From Erysipelothrix larvae (lineage in GTDB: Bacteria > Bacillota_I > Bacilli_A > Erysipelotrichales > Erysipelotrichaceae), in contig NZ_CP013213.1 of assembly GCF_001545095.1 (NCBI RefSeq), positions 570,001 to 602,000 on the forward strand: a stretch of DNA of 32,000 nucleotides, written 5' to 3'. The first letter of the stretch is position 1, and every line of letters begins with the position of its first letter. Positions 1 to 9,026 of this stretch are shown piece after piece. Both the position numbers and the translations under genes were made by a program. A model generated the notes under the pieces. The model had not been told where the DNA came from and did no database searches. It saw only the letters and a program-made list of their open reading frames with translations.

Positions 1-1
1 T

Positions 2-640
2 CTATTTTCATTAGTATGGATTCTTTTATATCTCCCATATTACCGGTCGAACAATGTTTTGTTTTGGGGTGTCATCCTGGGATTTGCGATTAACAGTGGA
101 CTTTTAGTCTGTTTATATTTATTAGTGTCAAGTGCTCGCTTACATCGCTTTATCGGGAAGTATGGTGTGAAGCTTCTAACGAAAATTAAGATTGTAAAAC
201 ACCCAGACACAATCATGGATAAAGTGGAACAGAAAATCAGTGAGTTTTCTCAATCCCTTTCATATCTTAAAGACCATAAAGGTGTAGTGGTTAAAAACTT
301 ATGTATCGTCCTTATGGGACTAATGTTTACCCACTCAATTCCATACCTTATTGCGCATACCTTAAATATTCCTGTCGGGATCGAACACTATTTTGAGTTT
401 GTGGCACTCAGCGTATTTGTTTCAACCTATAATGCTCTGCTTCCGATGCCAGGAGGTACCGGTGGGTTGGAATCGGTATTTATGATGATGTATGGTGGCT
501 TTGTAGGAATCACACATCAAAACGCCTTTATGATTCTATGGCGTTTTGTAACCTATTATTTTATTGTGATTGCAGGAGCGATTTATTTTGTGATATTTAC
601 CAGTAAGAAAAATCTTGAACACACGGATTCTAAGATGTAA
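2..640 (+). CDS. UPF0104 / lysylphosphatidylglycerol-synthase TM-region (flippase-like) family membrane protein, 5'-truncated by the window edge
   Basis: The frame of ORF 59..640 stays open back to base 2, so the TTG at 59 is an ORF-caller artefact. The protein has several hydrophobic helices and the PMPGGTGGLE motif typical of this family. Confidence 0.6.
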   Translation, partial: LFSLVWILLYLPYYRSNNVLFWGVILGFAINSGLLVCLYLLVSSARLHRFIGKYGVKLLTKIKIVKHPDTIMDKVEQKISEFSQSLSYLKDHKGVVVKNLCIVLMGLMFTHSIPYLIAHTLNIPVGIEHYFEFVALSVFVSTYNALLPMPGGTGGLESVFMMMYGGFVGITHQNAFMILWRFVTYYFIVIAGAIYFVIFTSKKNLEHTDSKM

Positions 641-681
641 AGTTTATGTGCTATGGTATAATGGACTAAAGAGGTAACAGT

Positions 682-1515
682 ATGACACGTATCGCATTTA
701 TTTATGATTTTGACCGCACACTTTCACCAAAAGATATGCAGGAGTTTGGGTTTATTGATCAATTAAATTCGAACCCAGAAACGTTTTGGGAGTTATCCCA
801 TTCGCTCAGCAAGAAACATGCTATGGATCCTATATTATCGTATATGCTTTTGATGAAACAAGAAATGGAAAAAATGGGGAAACATATAACAAAACAAGGA
901 CTCAAAGACCTGGGTAAAGACATCGAGTATTTCCCAGGTGTTAAGGATTGGTTTTCACGTATGAATTCAATGGCATTATCATTGGGTTTAGTTGCGGAAC
1001 ACTATATCATATCATCAGGACTCAAAGAGTTGATTGAAGGCACTGAAATATTCCATGAGTTTAAGGAAGTCTTCGCATGTGAGTACACCTATGATGATAA
1101 GGGGTATGCAATCTGGCCAGCACAATCCATTAACTATACAACCAAGACCCAATTTATCTTTAGAATTAATAAAGGTGCGATGGATGTATCGGATATTATA
1201 GAACTCAATCAATTTGTCCCATATAATGAGCGCCCAATCCCTTTTGAACACATGATCTATATTGGTGATGGGATTACAGATATTCCAAGCATGAAGGTTG
1301 TGAAAGTAAATGGTGGACATTCCATTGCAGTTTTTCAAAAAGGACATAAAGAAAAAGTTGAACAGCTTGTGCGCGATAAACGCGTGAATTTCTGTGCACC
1401 TACTGATTACACCAAGGGGAGTCACATTGAAAAAATATGTGAATTGATCTTGCAAGAAATCAGTGTAAATGTGAATCAAAAGCGCTTACGCGATAAAATC
1501 GAGTTTATTTTGTGA
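682..1515 (+). CDS. HAD-superfamily phosphatase/hydrolase
   Basis: N-terminal DxDxT-type motif (IYDFDRTL) and C-terminal IGDGITDIPSMK motif. An AGAGG Shine-Dalgarno site lies 8 nt upstream of the ATG. Confidence 0.65.
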   Translation: MTRIAFIYDFDRTLSPKDMQEFGFIDQLNSNPETFWELSHSLSKKHAMDPILSYMLLMKQEMEKMGKHITKQGLKDLGKDIEYFPGVKDWFSRMNSMALSLGLVAEHYIISSGLKELIEGTEIFHEFKEVFACEYTYDDKGYAIWPAQSINYTTKTQFIFRINKGAMDVSDIIELNQFVPYNERPIPFEHMIYIGDGITDIPSMKVVKVNGGHSIAVFQKGHKEKVEQLVRDKRVNFCAPTDYTKGSHIEKICELILQEISVNVNQKRLRDKIEFIL

Positions 1516-1581
1516 AAATTAAATGAAAATGTATATAAAATACTGTACTTCCTATAAAAATTTGTTATAATCATATTCGGG

Positions 1582-1630
1582 TATCAGCTTGAATTAATCC
1601 CCCCCCAATTCAAGTTGATATCTTTTTTAT
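1582..1630 (+). terminator. Rho-independent terminator-like hairpin with a C8 loop
   Basis: A 14-bp stem pairs tatcagcttgaatt (1582-1595) with aattcaagttgata (1607-1620), including one G-U pair. The loop is aatcccccccc, followed by a tcttttttat T-run. It lies 67 nt downstream of the HAD gene stop. Confidence 0.7.
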
Positions 1631-1684
1631 TAACTTTGTTTCAGAAAAGTTTCAAAACATTTTCAATAAATTTGCAAAAAAGCA

Positions 1685-1957
1685 TTGACATTTAAGTTTA
1701 AAACTCGTATTATAACAACATATTTCGGTGAACAAGAGAGTACATTTGGACATCTTACCAGCGAGTTGGCACAGAGTGGAAGGCCAATAAAGATTAAAAA
1801 TGGAACCGCACTTGGGAGAATCTATATTGAACTTAGTAGGTATAGACGTATATCGGCGTTAACGATTTGAGGGGTGAGTTGATTTTTGATTCACAACTGG
1901 AGTGGTACCGCGATTGATTAACAGTCGTCTCTAGAATGTAGAGACGACTTTTTATTT
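1685..1957 (+). promoter_or_regulatory. Sigma-A promoter plus T-box riboswitch leader controlling the downstream amino-acid ABC operon; specifier probably CGC (Arg)
   Basis: TTGACA (1685-1690), 17 nt, then TATTAT (1708-1713). Stem I elements: AGAGAGTA (S-turn 5' half), AGCGA bulge, AGTGGAA distal loop, and GAA-C-CGC-A before the closing CTTG (1803-1814). The T-box core is AACTGGAGTGGTACCGCG (1895-1912). The terminator is agtcgtctc/gagacgact (1923-1949) plus a T-run. Confidence 0.85.
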
Positions 1958-2009
1958 TCTTAAATACGAAGTCGCTCTACAACAGATAGATGAAAAGGAG
2001 CCTAAGAGT

Positions 2010-2801
2010 ATGAAGAAATATCTATCAATTTGTTTAGCATTAGTCGCTGTTGTATTAACAGGATGTGGATCAGGAAATGGTGCACAGGAAGAAAGTCATG
2101 TCGCAAAAATAAAAGAAGCAGGGAAATTAGTGCTTTTAACTGAAGCAACATTCCCACCCTTTGAATATCAAGATTCATCTGACAAAGCAGTGGATGGTGT
2201 TGCAGGTGTTGATATCGAGTTTGGTAAGTTACTTGCTGAAAAACTGGGTGTTGAACTTGAAGTCTTAAATCTAGACTTTGGAACACTTGTTCCATCACTT
2301 CAAAGTGGTAAAGGTGATTTGATTGCAGCGGGTATGTCAGTACAACCTGACCGTGCCGCAATCGTTGATTTCTCAACATCTTACTATGAAAATGGACTTT
2401 ATATTATTGTTCCAGCAAATTCAGATATCGCAACAAAAGATGACTTAGTGGGTAAATCAATTGCTGTTCAACAAGGAACAACCGCTAATGATATTGCTTT
2501 AGGTATCGAAAACTCAAATGTTATGGAATTTAAAGGCATGGTTGAAGCAGGTCTTTCAGTTGCAAGTGGCCGTTCTGATGCAAGTATTGCGGATTTACTT
2601 CCTGCAACAGTTATCACTAAAAATGAACCATCCCTTAAAGTATTATCAGAACCTTTGACTTCAGAGTCTACAGCTTTAGCAGTTCCTAAGGGAAGTGACT
2701 TCATTGAGTTAGTGAACGAAACAATTAAAGAAGTGAAAGAAAGTGGACAACTTCAAGCGTGGTTTGATCAACACTATGATGCAGTTGTAATCGAAGAATA
2801 A
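2010..2801 (+). CDS. Polar amino-acid ABC transporter substrate-binding lipoprotein (family 3 SBP)
   Basis: Signal peptide with lipobox LTGC at residues 16-19. Family-3 SBP-like sequence (FPPFEY, DLIAAGMS, QQGTT). AAAGGAG Shine-Dalgarno site upstream. Confidence 0.85.
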   Translation: MKKYLSICLALVAVVLTGCGSGNGAQEESHVAKIKEAGKLVLLTEATFPPFEYQDSSDKAVDGVAGVDIEFGKLLAEKLGVELEVLNLDFGTLVPSLQSGKGDLIAAGMSVQPDRAAIVDFSTSYYENGLYIIVPANSDIATKDDLVGKSIAVQQGTTANDIALGIENSNVMEFKGMVEAGLSVASGRSDASIADLLPATVITKNEPSLKVLSEPLTSESTALAVPKGSDFIELVNETIKEVKESGQLQAWFDQHYDAVVIEE

Positions 2802-2802
2802 T

Positions 2803-3504
2803 ATGTTTGGATTTCTATCATTAGACAATTTCTACCGCGCGTTTATCGCTGAAGAACGTTGGAAACTCTATCTTGATGGACTCAAAACGACCTTGCTGAT
2901 ATCCCTAGTAGCCTGTCTATTAGGGATTCTCATCGGTTTAATTATCGCGGTAATTAAATATAGTTACCAACAAGCACAAGCAAATGGTCGTGTTGGCATT
3001 GTCCTCAAAGTTTTTAATTCAGCAGCAAACATCTATACAACCGTCATACGCGGTACACCAGTCTTACTTCAACTCTTAATTTTATTTACCGTGGCATTCC
3101 AAGGGCTCAATGCAGCCTTTATTGGGTTTGGCATTAACTCAGGCGCGTATGTATCCGAAATCATCCGTGGTGGCCTTCAATCTGTTGACTCGGGTCAAAG
3201 TGAAGCAGGGCGTAGCTTAGGGTTAAGCTCCATGCAAACCATGACCATGATTGTGATACCACAAGCATTTAAAAATATCGTTCCTTCACTTTTCAATGAG
3301 TTAATCGCAATGGTTAAGGAAACATCCGTTGCAGGATCCATTGCAGTAACAGACCTTACCAAAGCATCACAAGGCATTCAATCACGGCTTTACTTAATTG
3401 AACCGTTGTACATTGTCGCAATCATTTATCTCATTTTGGTATTTACCTTAACACAAATACAGAAAGTCCTTGAAAGGAGGTTAGCACGTAGTGATCGAAA
3501 TTAA
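2803..3504 (+). CDS. Amino-acid ABC transporter permease (His/Glu/Gln/Arg/opine family)
   Basis: Multi-helix protein with the EAA-like loop [23 protein letters not shown]. The ATG lies 1 nt after the SBP stop. Confidence 0.85.
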   Translation: MFGFLSLDNFYRAFIAEERWKLYLDGLKTTLLISLVACLLGILIGLIIAVIKYSYQQAQANGRVGIVLKVFNSAANIYTTVIRGTPVLLQLLILFTVAFQGLNAAFIGFGINSGAYVSEIIRGGLQSVDSGQSEAGRSLGLSSMQTMTMIVIPQAFKNIVPSLFNELIAMVKETSVAGSIAVTDLTKASQGIQSRLYLIEPLYIVAIIYLILVFTLTQIQKVLERRLARSDRN

Positions 3505-4270
3505 AGATTTACATAAATCATTTGGTGAACTTGAAGTCTTAAAAGGCGTCAGTGCTACCATCAATCAAGGCGATAAGATCGCAATCATTGGTCCATCTGG
3601 ATCGGGTAAAAGCACCTTACTTCGGTGTTTGAACCTTCTTGAATTTCCGCAACAAGGTGCCATCCTATTTAATGGAAAAGATGTGACCAAGTTGTCTCAC
3701 GCACAACCCTTCTTTAAAACCTTAATGGGGAAGATAAGCAAGAAACCTAAGGATGAAAATATTGATGATTTTAGAGCACAAGTGGGAATGGTGTTTCAAC
3801 ATTTCAACTTATTTAATCATAAAACAATCCTAGAAAACATCACCATGGCACCGATTAAGTTGGGATTATTGAGTGAAACTGAAGCAAATAAAAAAGCTGA
3901 AGAACTTCTCAATCGTATTGGGCTTCTTGATAAAAAAGATGTGTATCCATCTACTTTATCAGGGGGACAAAAACAACGGATCGCGATTGTGCGTGCCTTG
4001 TGTATGAATCCAAAGGTTATGTTGTTTGATGAACCAACGTCCGCCCTTGACCCAGAAATGGTTAAAGAGGTGCTGGATCTGATTAAGGACCTTGCTGATG
4101 AAGGCATGACCATGGTCATTGTGACCCATGAAATGAATTTTGCCCGTGAGGTCGCTTCTGAAGTATGGTTTATGGATGAAGGGTACTTAAAAGAAACTGG
4201 TTTAGCTCAAGACCTATTTGATCAACCCAAAGATGAACGTTTAAAGAATTTCTTATCCAAGATACTGTAA
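3491..4270 (+). CDS. Amino-acid ABC transporter ATP-binding protein
   Basis: Walker [10 protein letters not shown], signature LSGGQKQR, Walker [15 protein letters not shown] start overlaps the permease end by 14 nt, with AAGGAGG 10 nt upstream. Confidence 0.9.
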   Translation: MIEIKDLHKSFGELEVLKGVSATINQGDKIAIIGPSGSGKSTLLRCLNLLEFPQQGAILFNGKDVTKLSHAQPFFKTLMGKISKKPKDENIDDFRAQVGMVFQHFNLFNHKTILENITMAPIKLGLLSETEANKKAEELLNRIGLLDKKDVYPSTLSGGQKQRIAIVRALCMNPKVMLFDEPTSALDPEMVKEVLDLIKDLADEGMTMVIVTHEMNFAREVASEVWFMDEGYLKETGLAQDLFDQPKDERLKNFLSKIL

Positions 4271-4272
4271 GT

Positions 4273-4300
4273 AAAAAGGACACGCCAAGCGTGTCCTTTG
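4273..4300. terminator. Bidirectional Rho-independent terminator between convergent operons
   Basis: GC-rich stem ggacacgc/gcgtgtcc (4278-4296) with a 3-nt loop, an A-run on the left and a T-run on the right. Confidence 0.8.
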
Positions 4301-4304
4301 TCTA

Positions 4305-5891
4305 TTATGATCGCAAACTTTCAATATTTGTCAGTATTCTTTCCGCAAGCTTAATAAACACAAACGAAAGGACTGCACTGTAACCTGAAAGAATCAAAAA
4401 CCCAATGAGGGATGAAGTGAAGATGCTCATGGTGATACCAATGGTTGGCACAATCAGGGCGATAAATACCACAACCATGTTCACAAATTGGGAAATAGTG
4501 GCCCCCAGTTTGGAACCCAAGTATTCACGCGCGATGACTGAGAGATAGACAATCATGGCACGCACTAATACTTGAGCAATAATTGTGAGCACCATATCCA
4601 TAAAGGTTGCGCCAATCGCAATGCCTGCAGGCAGGGTTAACATGATGGCCCGTGCACACGAAATCAAATGATCCAAAAGTGTTGCATAGAAAAGTTTCTT
4701 GCTGATAGAATCTGGCATGATATACAAGGCAGCTTGTCCAAATTCATCTTTCCATGTTGGAGCGGGTGAGAAAAAGGCAACTAAATACATGGTAATCCCG
4801 CAGATTGTAGCAAAGAACATTTCAGGGGGAAGTTCAAGGTTGAAAAATAGCTGTGCAACCGCGACCCCAATCCCTGCAATCAGATACATATAATCTCCAA
4901 ATCTAAAGAATAAACGGCTTGAACGTTGTCGTTCTATAATTTGTTTATAAAAGATGACTTGAGCACCTTGACCGGATAAATGCCCTTTTCCAGCATGGAC
5001 TTTTTTAGATTTCCCCAAGGCTTCGCTTAATGAAACATCGCCTTTCTTTTGTTTATCTTCAAGCAGTGCTTGTTTCTGTGAAAAGGACAAAGCATCTTCA
5101 TAATAATCCCCTTTACAGGGCATCGTATAGGCGATCCATGTTAAGCCAACTGCACTGATAAGATACAGGATGGAAGAAAGGATTGAAACCATCGTAGGAC
5201 CAAGGATTACCAAGTTAATCCATCCTAATTGCCATCCAAAGATGGGAATCAACAGGATAACGGGATGCGAGACAAGGTTATGAATTGTTTGGGTTGATGC
5301 CCCGTTTTGAAGGATATAAAACCCAATAAATAGCGAAACACCTGCAAGTATGCCATAGACCCCCCACTTGATCCATTTCTTTTGCGATAAGGACAGGGTT
5401 TCAGATGCATACATAATCAGTGCGAGACTGTAAGAGAGTGAGTTAGAGAAAACTAAATCCCCCACCCCCATAATGAGTGCATTTAGAACTGGAACGTTGA
5501 ACACAAAAATCGCAGCAATGATCAGTGCAATCTGCATGGCAAATGTAAGATAAGCAGTTTTAAGAAGCGCAAACAAGAGGGCTTGCTTGGGTGAAATGGG
5601 CGTTGCGAGTGTGAAATGAATATCTTGTTTTCTAAAAACAACCCCTTTTCGGCTAAAATAGGAAAGGGTCGAAGGCATGGAGATGTAAATCGTGAGTGCA
5701 CTTATCACAACGACAAACCAAGCCGGTGAATCAAAGTTTTCATTTACAATCATAGACTTAAACATAAAGGGCAAGAATACAAAATATCCAACAGCTAACG
5801 CAGTCCCAATTAATTTTAAAGGCTTCTTTAAAAATTGTCTGAATGCATTTTTTGCGGTCATTTTATATTGATAAATCAGTGCATTATTCAT
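4305..5891 (-). CDS. Large polytopic membrane protein, putative ABC-exporter permease partner (substrate unknown)
   Basis: About 528 aa and almost entirely hydrophobic helices, apart from one charged cytoplasmic loop (KQKKGDVSLSEALGKSKKVHAGKG). I chose the internal ATG at 5891 because it overlaps the upstream ATPase stop as ATGAATAA (8 nt), indicating translational coupling. The ORF-track start at 5927 lies inside the ATPase gene. Confidence 0.6.
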   Translation of the reverse strand: MNNALIYQYKMTAKNAFRQFLKKPLKLIGTALAVGYFVFLPFMFKSMIVNENFDSPAWFVVVISALTIYISMPSTLSYFSRKGVVFRKQDIHFTLATPISPKQALLFALLKTAYLTFAMQIALIIAAIFVFNVPVLNALIMGVGDLVFSNSLSYSLALIMYASETLSLSQKKWIKWGVYGILAGVSLFIGFYILQNGASTQTIHNLVSHPVILLIPIFGWQLGWINLVILGPTMVSILSSILYLISAVGLTWIAYTMPCKGDYYEDALSFSQKQALLEDKQKKGDVSLSEALGKSKKVHAGKGHLSGQGAQVIFYKQIIERQRSSRLFFRFGDYMYLIAGIGVAVAQLFFNLELPPEMFFATICGITMYLVAFFSPAPTWKDEFGQAALYIMPDSISKKLFYATLLDHLISCARAIMLTLPAGIAIGATFMDMVLTIIAQVLVRAMIVYLSVIAREYLGSKLGATISQFVNMVVVFIALIVPTIGITMSIFTSSLIGFLILSGYSAVLSFVFIKLAERILTNIESLRS

Positions 5892-6618
5892 GTGTGTCAC
5901 CGACTTCATGAAGGTCAATGGACGCATCTTTATCCCCAGTTATTTCAAAGAAGAGATCTTCAAGTTCCGATTCACCCGCTTCTTCACGTGTTATATCCGC
6001 AACGACTTTACCCAATTTCATTAAGATAACACGGTCCCATAATTCATCCACCATTTCCATCATATGCGTACTGACAAGGACTGTTTTTCCTTCAGCTCTG
6101 CATTCCTTAATGACCATCTTGAGTTCTTTAATTGCTTTTGGGTCAAGACCCACCATCGGCTCATCCAACACCAAGACCTGTGGATCAACAATCAGTGCAC
6201 AACAAATACTCACCTTTTGCATCATCCCTTTTGATAAAGCATCTCCCAGTTTGTCTTGTTTGTCGTATAGGTCAAATCGTTTTAGAAGTTGATCGATTTT
6301 GTTGTTATCAATAGGTGTACGATAAGCGCGTGCAATGTATTCGATATGTTCACGAACAGTGAGTAAAGGGAACATACTTGGAATTTCAGGGACATATGAA
6401 ATCATGCGCTTGGCTTCAAAGGTCTTATTGTCATATTCACCAATCGTCACATCCCCATCAAACCGAAGAATTCCCATAATACTTTGGATGGTGGTGGATT
6501 TACCCGCACCATTGGGTCCAACAAGTACCGCAACTTCCCCTTTATTTACAAAAAAGTTTATATGATCCACCGCTTTAACATCACGGTAGAATTTGCTTAA
6601 GTTTCTAACATTTAACAT
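5884..6618 (-). CDS. ABC transporter ATP-binding protein (ABC-2/exporter type)
   Basis: Walker A GPNGAGKST, signature LSKGMMQKV, Walker B LVLDEPMVGLD. I chose the start at MLNVRNLSKFY (6618), which has AAGGGAG 7 nt upstream. The longer ORF to 6666 runs through the promoter/operator. Confidence 0.85.
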   Translation of the reverse strand: MLNVRNLSKFYRDVKAVDHINFFVNKGEVAVLVGPNGAGKSTTIQSIMGILRFDGDVTIGEYDNKTFEAKRMISYVPEIPSMFPLLTVREHIEYIARAYRTPIDNNKIDQLLKRFDLYDKQDKLGDALSKGMMQKVSICCALIVDPQVLVLDEPMVGLDPKAIKELKMVIKECRAEGKTVLVSTHMMEMVDELWDRVILMKLGKVVADITREEAGESELEDLFFEITGDKDASIDLHEVGDTHE

Positions 6619-6643
6619 ACTCAGTCTCCCTTTTATGTCATTT

Positions 6644-6665
6644 ATTGTATCACAGTAGTGATACA
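6644..6665 (-). promoter_or_regulatory. Extended -10 promoter overlapped by a perfect 8-4-8 palindrome (candidate operator) for the ABC exporter operon
   Basis: The minus strand reads TGTATCAC-TACT-GTGATACA-AT. TGaTACAAT is an extended -10 (plus-strand 6644-6652). The palindrome spans 6646-6665. Confidence 0.5.
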
Positions 6666-6781
6666 TAAGTAAATGAACCCAAGATTAACGCCTGATATGT
6701 GAACCGATTATTTTACTTAAGCAATTGCTTTAGTGATTGATGTTTTCTATAATAGAATATATATAACGAGGAGGCACAGTA

Positions 6782-7732
6782 ATGCACAAATATGTCATCA
6801 GTTCTCAAAATCTTCGGGTGTTTGCGATTTCTAAAGGCGCAACAATCACTCAAATCCAAGTCTTAAATCAGGGTGTGTGGATGGATACAATCTTAGATTA
6901 TGCAGATGAAAACACGTATCTTAACACGGACCCTTACTATTTAAATTGTGTGGTAGGTCCACATGCAGGACGGATTAAGGATGGTGTGTATCAGATTGGA
7001 GATCAAACAATCCAATTGGACCGCAATGTCAATGGAAATCATCATCATGGGGGTAAGGATAGCTTTAAAGACATCTTGTTTGATGTTCAGGTCGAAGATC
7101 AAACCTTAACCTTTACTACTTATGATGAAGTGCATGGTATTGATGTGAGCATTTGGGTACGTGTCTCGGATTCAGATCTCACCATCGCTTATAAAGCAAT
7201 CCCTAAAACCCCTCAGGTCATCAACATGACCCATCATTTATATTTTAATCTATCCGATGAGAAAACCATTAAGTACCATACCCTTAAAGTTGATGCACCA
7301 TTTGTGCATGCAGTTGATGAAACCGGTGCATCCACCTCAGAAATTATTGAGGTACACAATACGCCTTTTGATTTCTCAAACAAACCGTATCTTAAAGATC
7401 GCCTTGAGATGACACACCCCCAATTTGAATTCACACGCAATATTGATCATGCATTTTATACAAAGAATCTACCCTTAGTCTTAGAATCTCCACGCGCTCA
7501 CTTGGGTGTAGAAATCCGATCAACCGCTGATTATACCGTGCTTTATACCGCAAACTTCTTTGAAGGTGAAACATCCTTTGTGAATCGTGGTCCATCCCAG
7601 CGCGCCGAAGCCATCGCCATTGAAAGTCAAGATTGTCCAAACGGTGTGAACATTGAAGGCACCAAGGATCAAATTTACAATCAAGCGCGTCCGTATACTC
7701 AAACGACAACGTATCATTTCTACAGTCTATAA
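6782..7732 (+). CDS. galM: Aldose 1-epimerase (galactose mutarotase) family protein
   Basis: Length and motifs of the aldose-epimerase fold (GPHAGRIKDG, NGNHHHGG, a late HHLYFNL region). GAGGAGG Shine-Dalgarno site. A TTGCTT-17-TATAAT promoter sits at about 6727-6755. Confidence 0.7.
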   Translation: MHKYVISSQNLRVFAISKGATITQIQVLNQGVWMDTILDYADENTYLNTDPYYLNCVVGPHAGRIKDGVYQIGDQTIQLDRNVNGNHHHGGKDSFKDILFDVQVEDQTLTFTTYDEVHGIDVSIWVRVSDSDLTIAYKAIPKTPQVINMTHHLYFNLSDEKTIKYHTLKVDAPFVHAVDETGASTSEIIEVHNTPFDFSNKPYLKDRLEMTHPQFEFTRNIDHAFYTKNLPLVLESPRAHLGVEIRSTADYTVLYTANFFEGETSFVNRGPSQRAEAIAIESQDCPNGVNIEGTKDQIYNQARPYTQTTTYHFYSL

Positions 7733-7737
7733 ACATC

Positions 7738-7767
7738 AAAAAAAAGTCCATCAAATTGGACTTTTTA
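7738..7767. terminator. Bidirectional terminator between galM and alr
   Basis: A-run, stem agtcca/tggact (7745-7762), then T-run. Confidence 0.7.
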
Positions 7768-7804
7768 TCTTAAAAAGAAAACATAACCTAAAAGTAATGG
7801 GATG

Positions 7805-8920
7805 TTACTCATCGATGTATTCTCTAATAACACGATTTGATAACATTGTGGTAATCGATACCCCTTCATCACTGATAACTGCTGCGACTTCTTGAGAGGT
7901 TAGCGTGTGTCCATCTTGTGTTCCAAATAAAACAACACGATCACCAATGTTGCAATCAATCCCTGTAACGTCCACAATTGCAGTATCCATGCAAACAGCC
8001 ACGACATGGGCCTTTTGACCATGAATCATGACCGGCATGAGTGGTGATTGTTTATACAACATCAAGCCATCCCCATAGCCTACATTAATGATCGCGATGT
8101 CTGTGGGGGTGATTGCAGTGAAGGCACGATTGTATCCGGATGTATCATGTGGATTAAGGTGCTTGCGTTCTAAAATTGTGGCAGTCCATGTCATGGGTTC
8201 AGTGATGCCAATGCGGTAATCTTCAAAGATTGAATCCATGTAGAGGCGTCTTCCTAAGCGTACCATGTCATGGTGGGCTTCACCAAACCATTCCGATGCA
8301 CCACTGTTACAAAAATGCAATTTACCAGGGTTAATGCCTGCATTTTTGAGGGTTTGAATGGCGTCCATGTATAAAGTGTGTTGTTTAATGGTGAGGTCAC
8401 TGTGTGCAATTTCACCTTCAATTGGATGTGAATAGGTACTGTTTATGGTGAGCCATGGTCGTGCTTTAAGCAGCGGTATTAACGTATCTAATTCTGAACC
8501 CAATTTGAACCCAAAGCGGTTAAAGTGTGTGTTTATTTTTAAGTTTACCCTGAAGGTCGACTGTGGATGTTTACCATGGAATGAATCAAGCCATGTTAAG
8601 GTTTCAAGGTTGTGAAGCAGTATTTGAATATCATGTTCAACACACAGTTCAACGCCTTCTTCACTCATTCCTGCTAAAAGCATAATTGGTTTTGTGATAC
8701 CATGTTCTCTTAGTTCAATCGCTTCTGAAATATGCGCGACACCAAATCCTGTTACATCGACTTCATCTTGAAGTACTTGAGCTACTTCCACCAACCCAAA
8801 CCCATAGGCATTGGATTTAACCACTGCAAGAATCGATGTAGTTGGATTGAGATGCGCTTTAATTTTATGAATGTTTTCATTGAGAATGTGTTTTTTGATT
8901 GTTAGTGTAGAATTGTCCAT
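7805..8920 (-). CDS. alr: Alanine racemase
   Basis: PLP-lysine motif AVVKSNAYGFG near the N-terminus, NVGYGDG motif, 371 aa. Confidence 0.85.
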   Translation of the reverse strand: MDNSTLTIKKHILNENIHKIKAHLNPTTSILAVVKSNAYGFGLVEVAQVLQDEVDVTGFGVAHISEAIELREHGITKPIMLLAGMSEEGVELCVEHDIQILLHNLETLTWLDSFHGKHPQSTFRVNLKINTHFNRFGFKLGSELDTLIPLLKARPWLTINSTYSHPIEGEIAHSDLTIKQHTLYMDAIQTLKNAGINPGKLHFCNSGASEWFGEAHHDMVRLGRRLYMDSIFEDYRIGITEPMTWTATILERKHLNPHDTSGYNRAFTAITPTDIAIINVGYGDGLMLYKQSPLMPVMIHGQKAHVVAVCMDTAIVDVTGIDCNIGDRVVLFGTQDGHTLTSQEVAAVISDEGVSITTMLSNRVIREYIDE

Positions 8921-9026
8921 ACGATTACCCCATTTGTTCTTACTTATTATACACGAATGTAAGATGAAGTCATACTAATTGAGAACGATGAATGAGTTTT
9001 AGTATGATAAGACATGAGGTGAAGGT

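Noticed and set aside
1015-1479. Long antisense or alternative-frame ORFs inside confident genes. Examples: 1015..1479(-), 2002..2379(-), 5918..6292(+), 9627..9956(-), 12555..12950(-), 26979..27356(+), 28973..29275(+).
   Set aside because: These are shadow ORFs fully nested in genes with strong family motifs. They have no ribosome-binding sites, and their composition is odd (Ile/Phe/His-rich or Ser/Arg-rich), typical of non-coding frames.
1685-1870. A 61-aa ORF in the track (MTFKFKTRIITTYFGEQ...).
   Set aside because: It lies entirely inside the T-box leader, starting at the -35 hexamer, and has no Shine-Dalgarno site. The region is explained by conserved T-box RNA elements, so it is non-coding.
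3700-3775. An extra Lys-rich segment of about 20 aa ([24 protein letters not shown]) in the amino-acid ABC ATPase, between the Walker A and Q-loop regions.
   Set aside because: It sits in a loop that is naturally variable in this ATPase family. The frame is continuous, and the flanking motifs (Walker A, Q-loop VGMVFQ) are intact. There is no evidence for an inserted domain or element.
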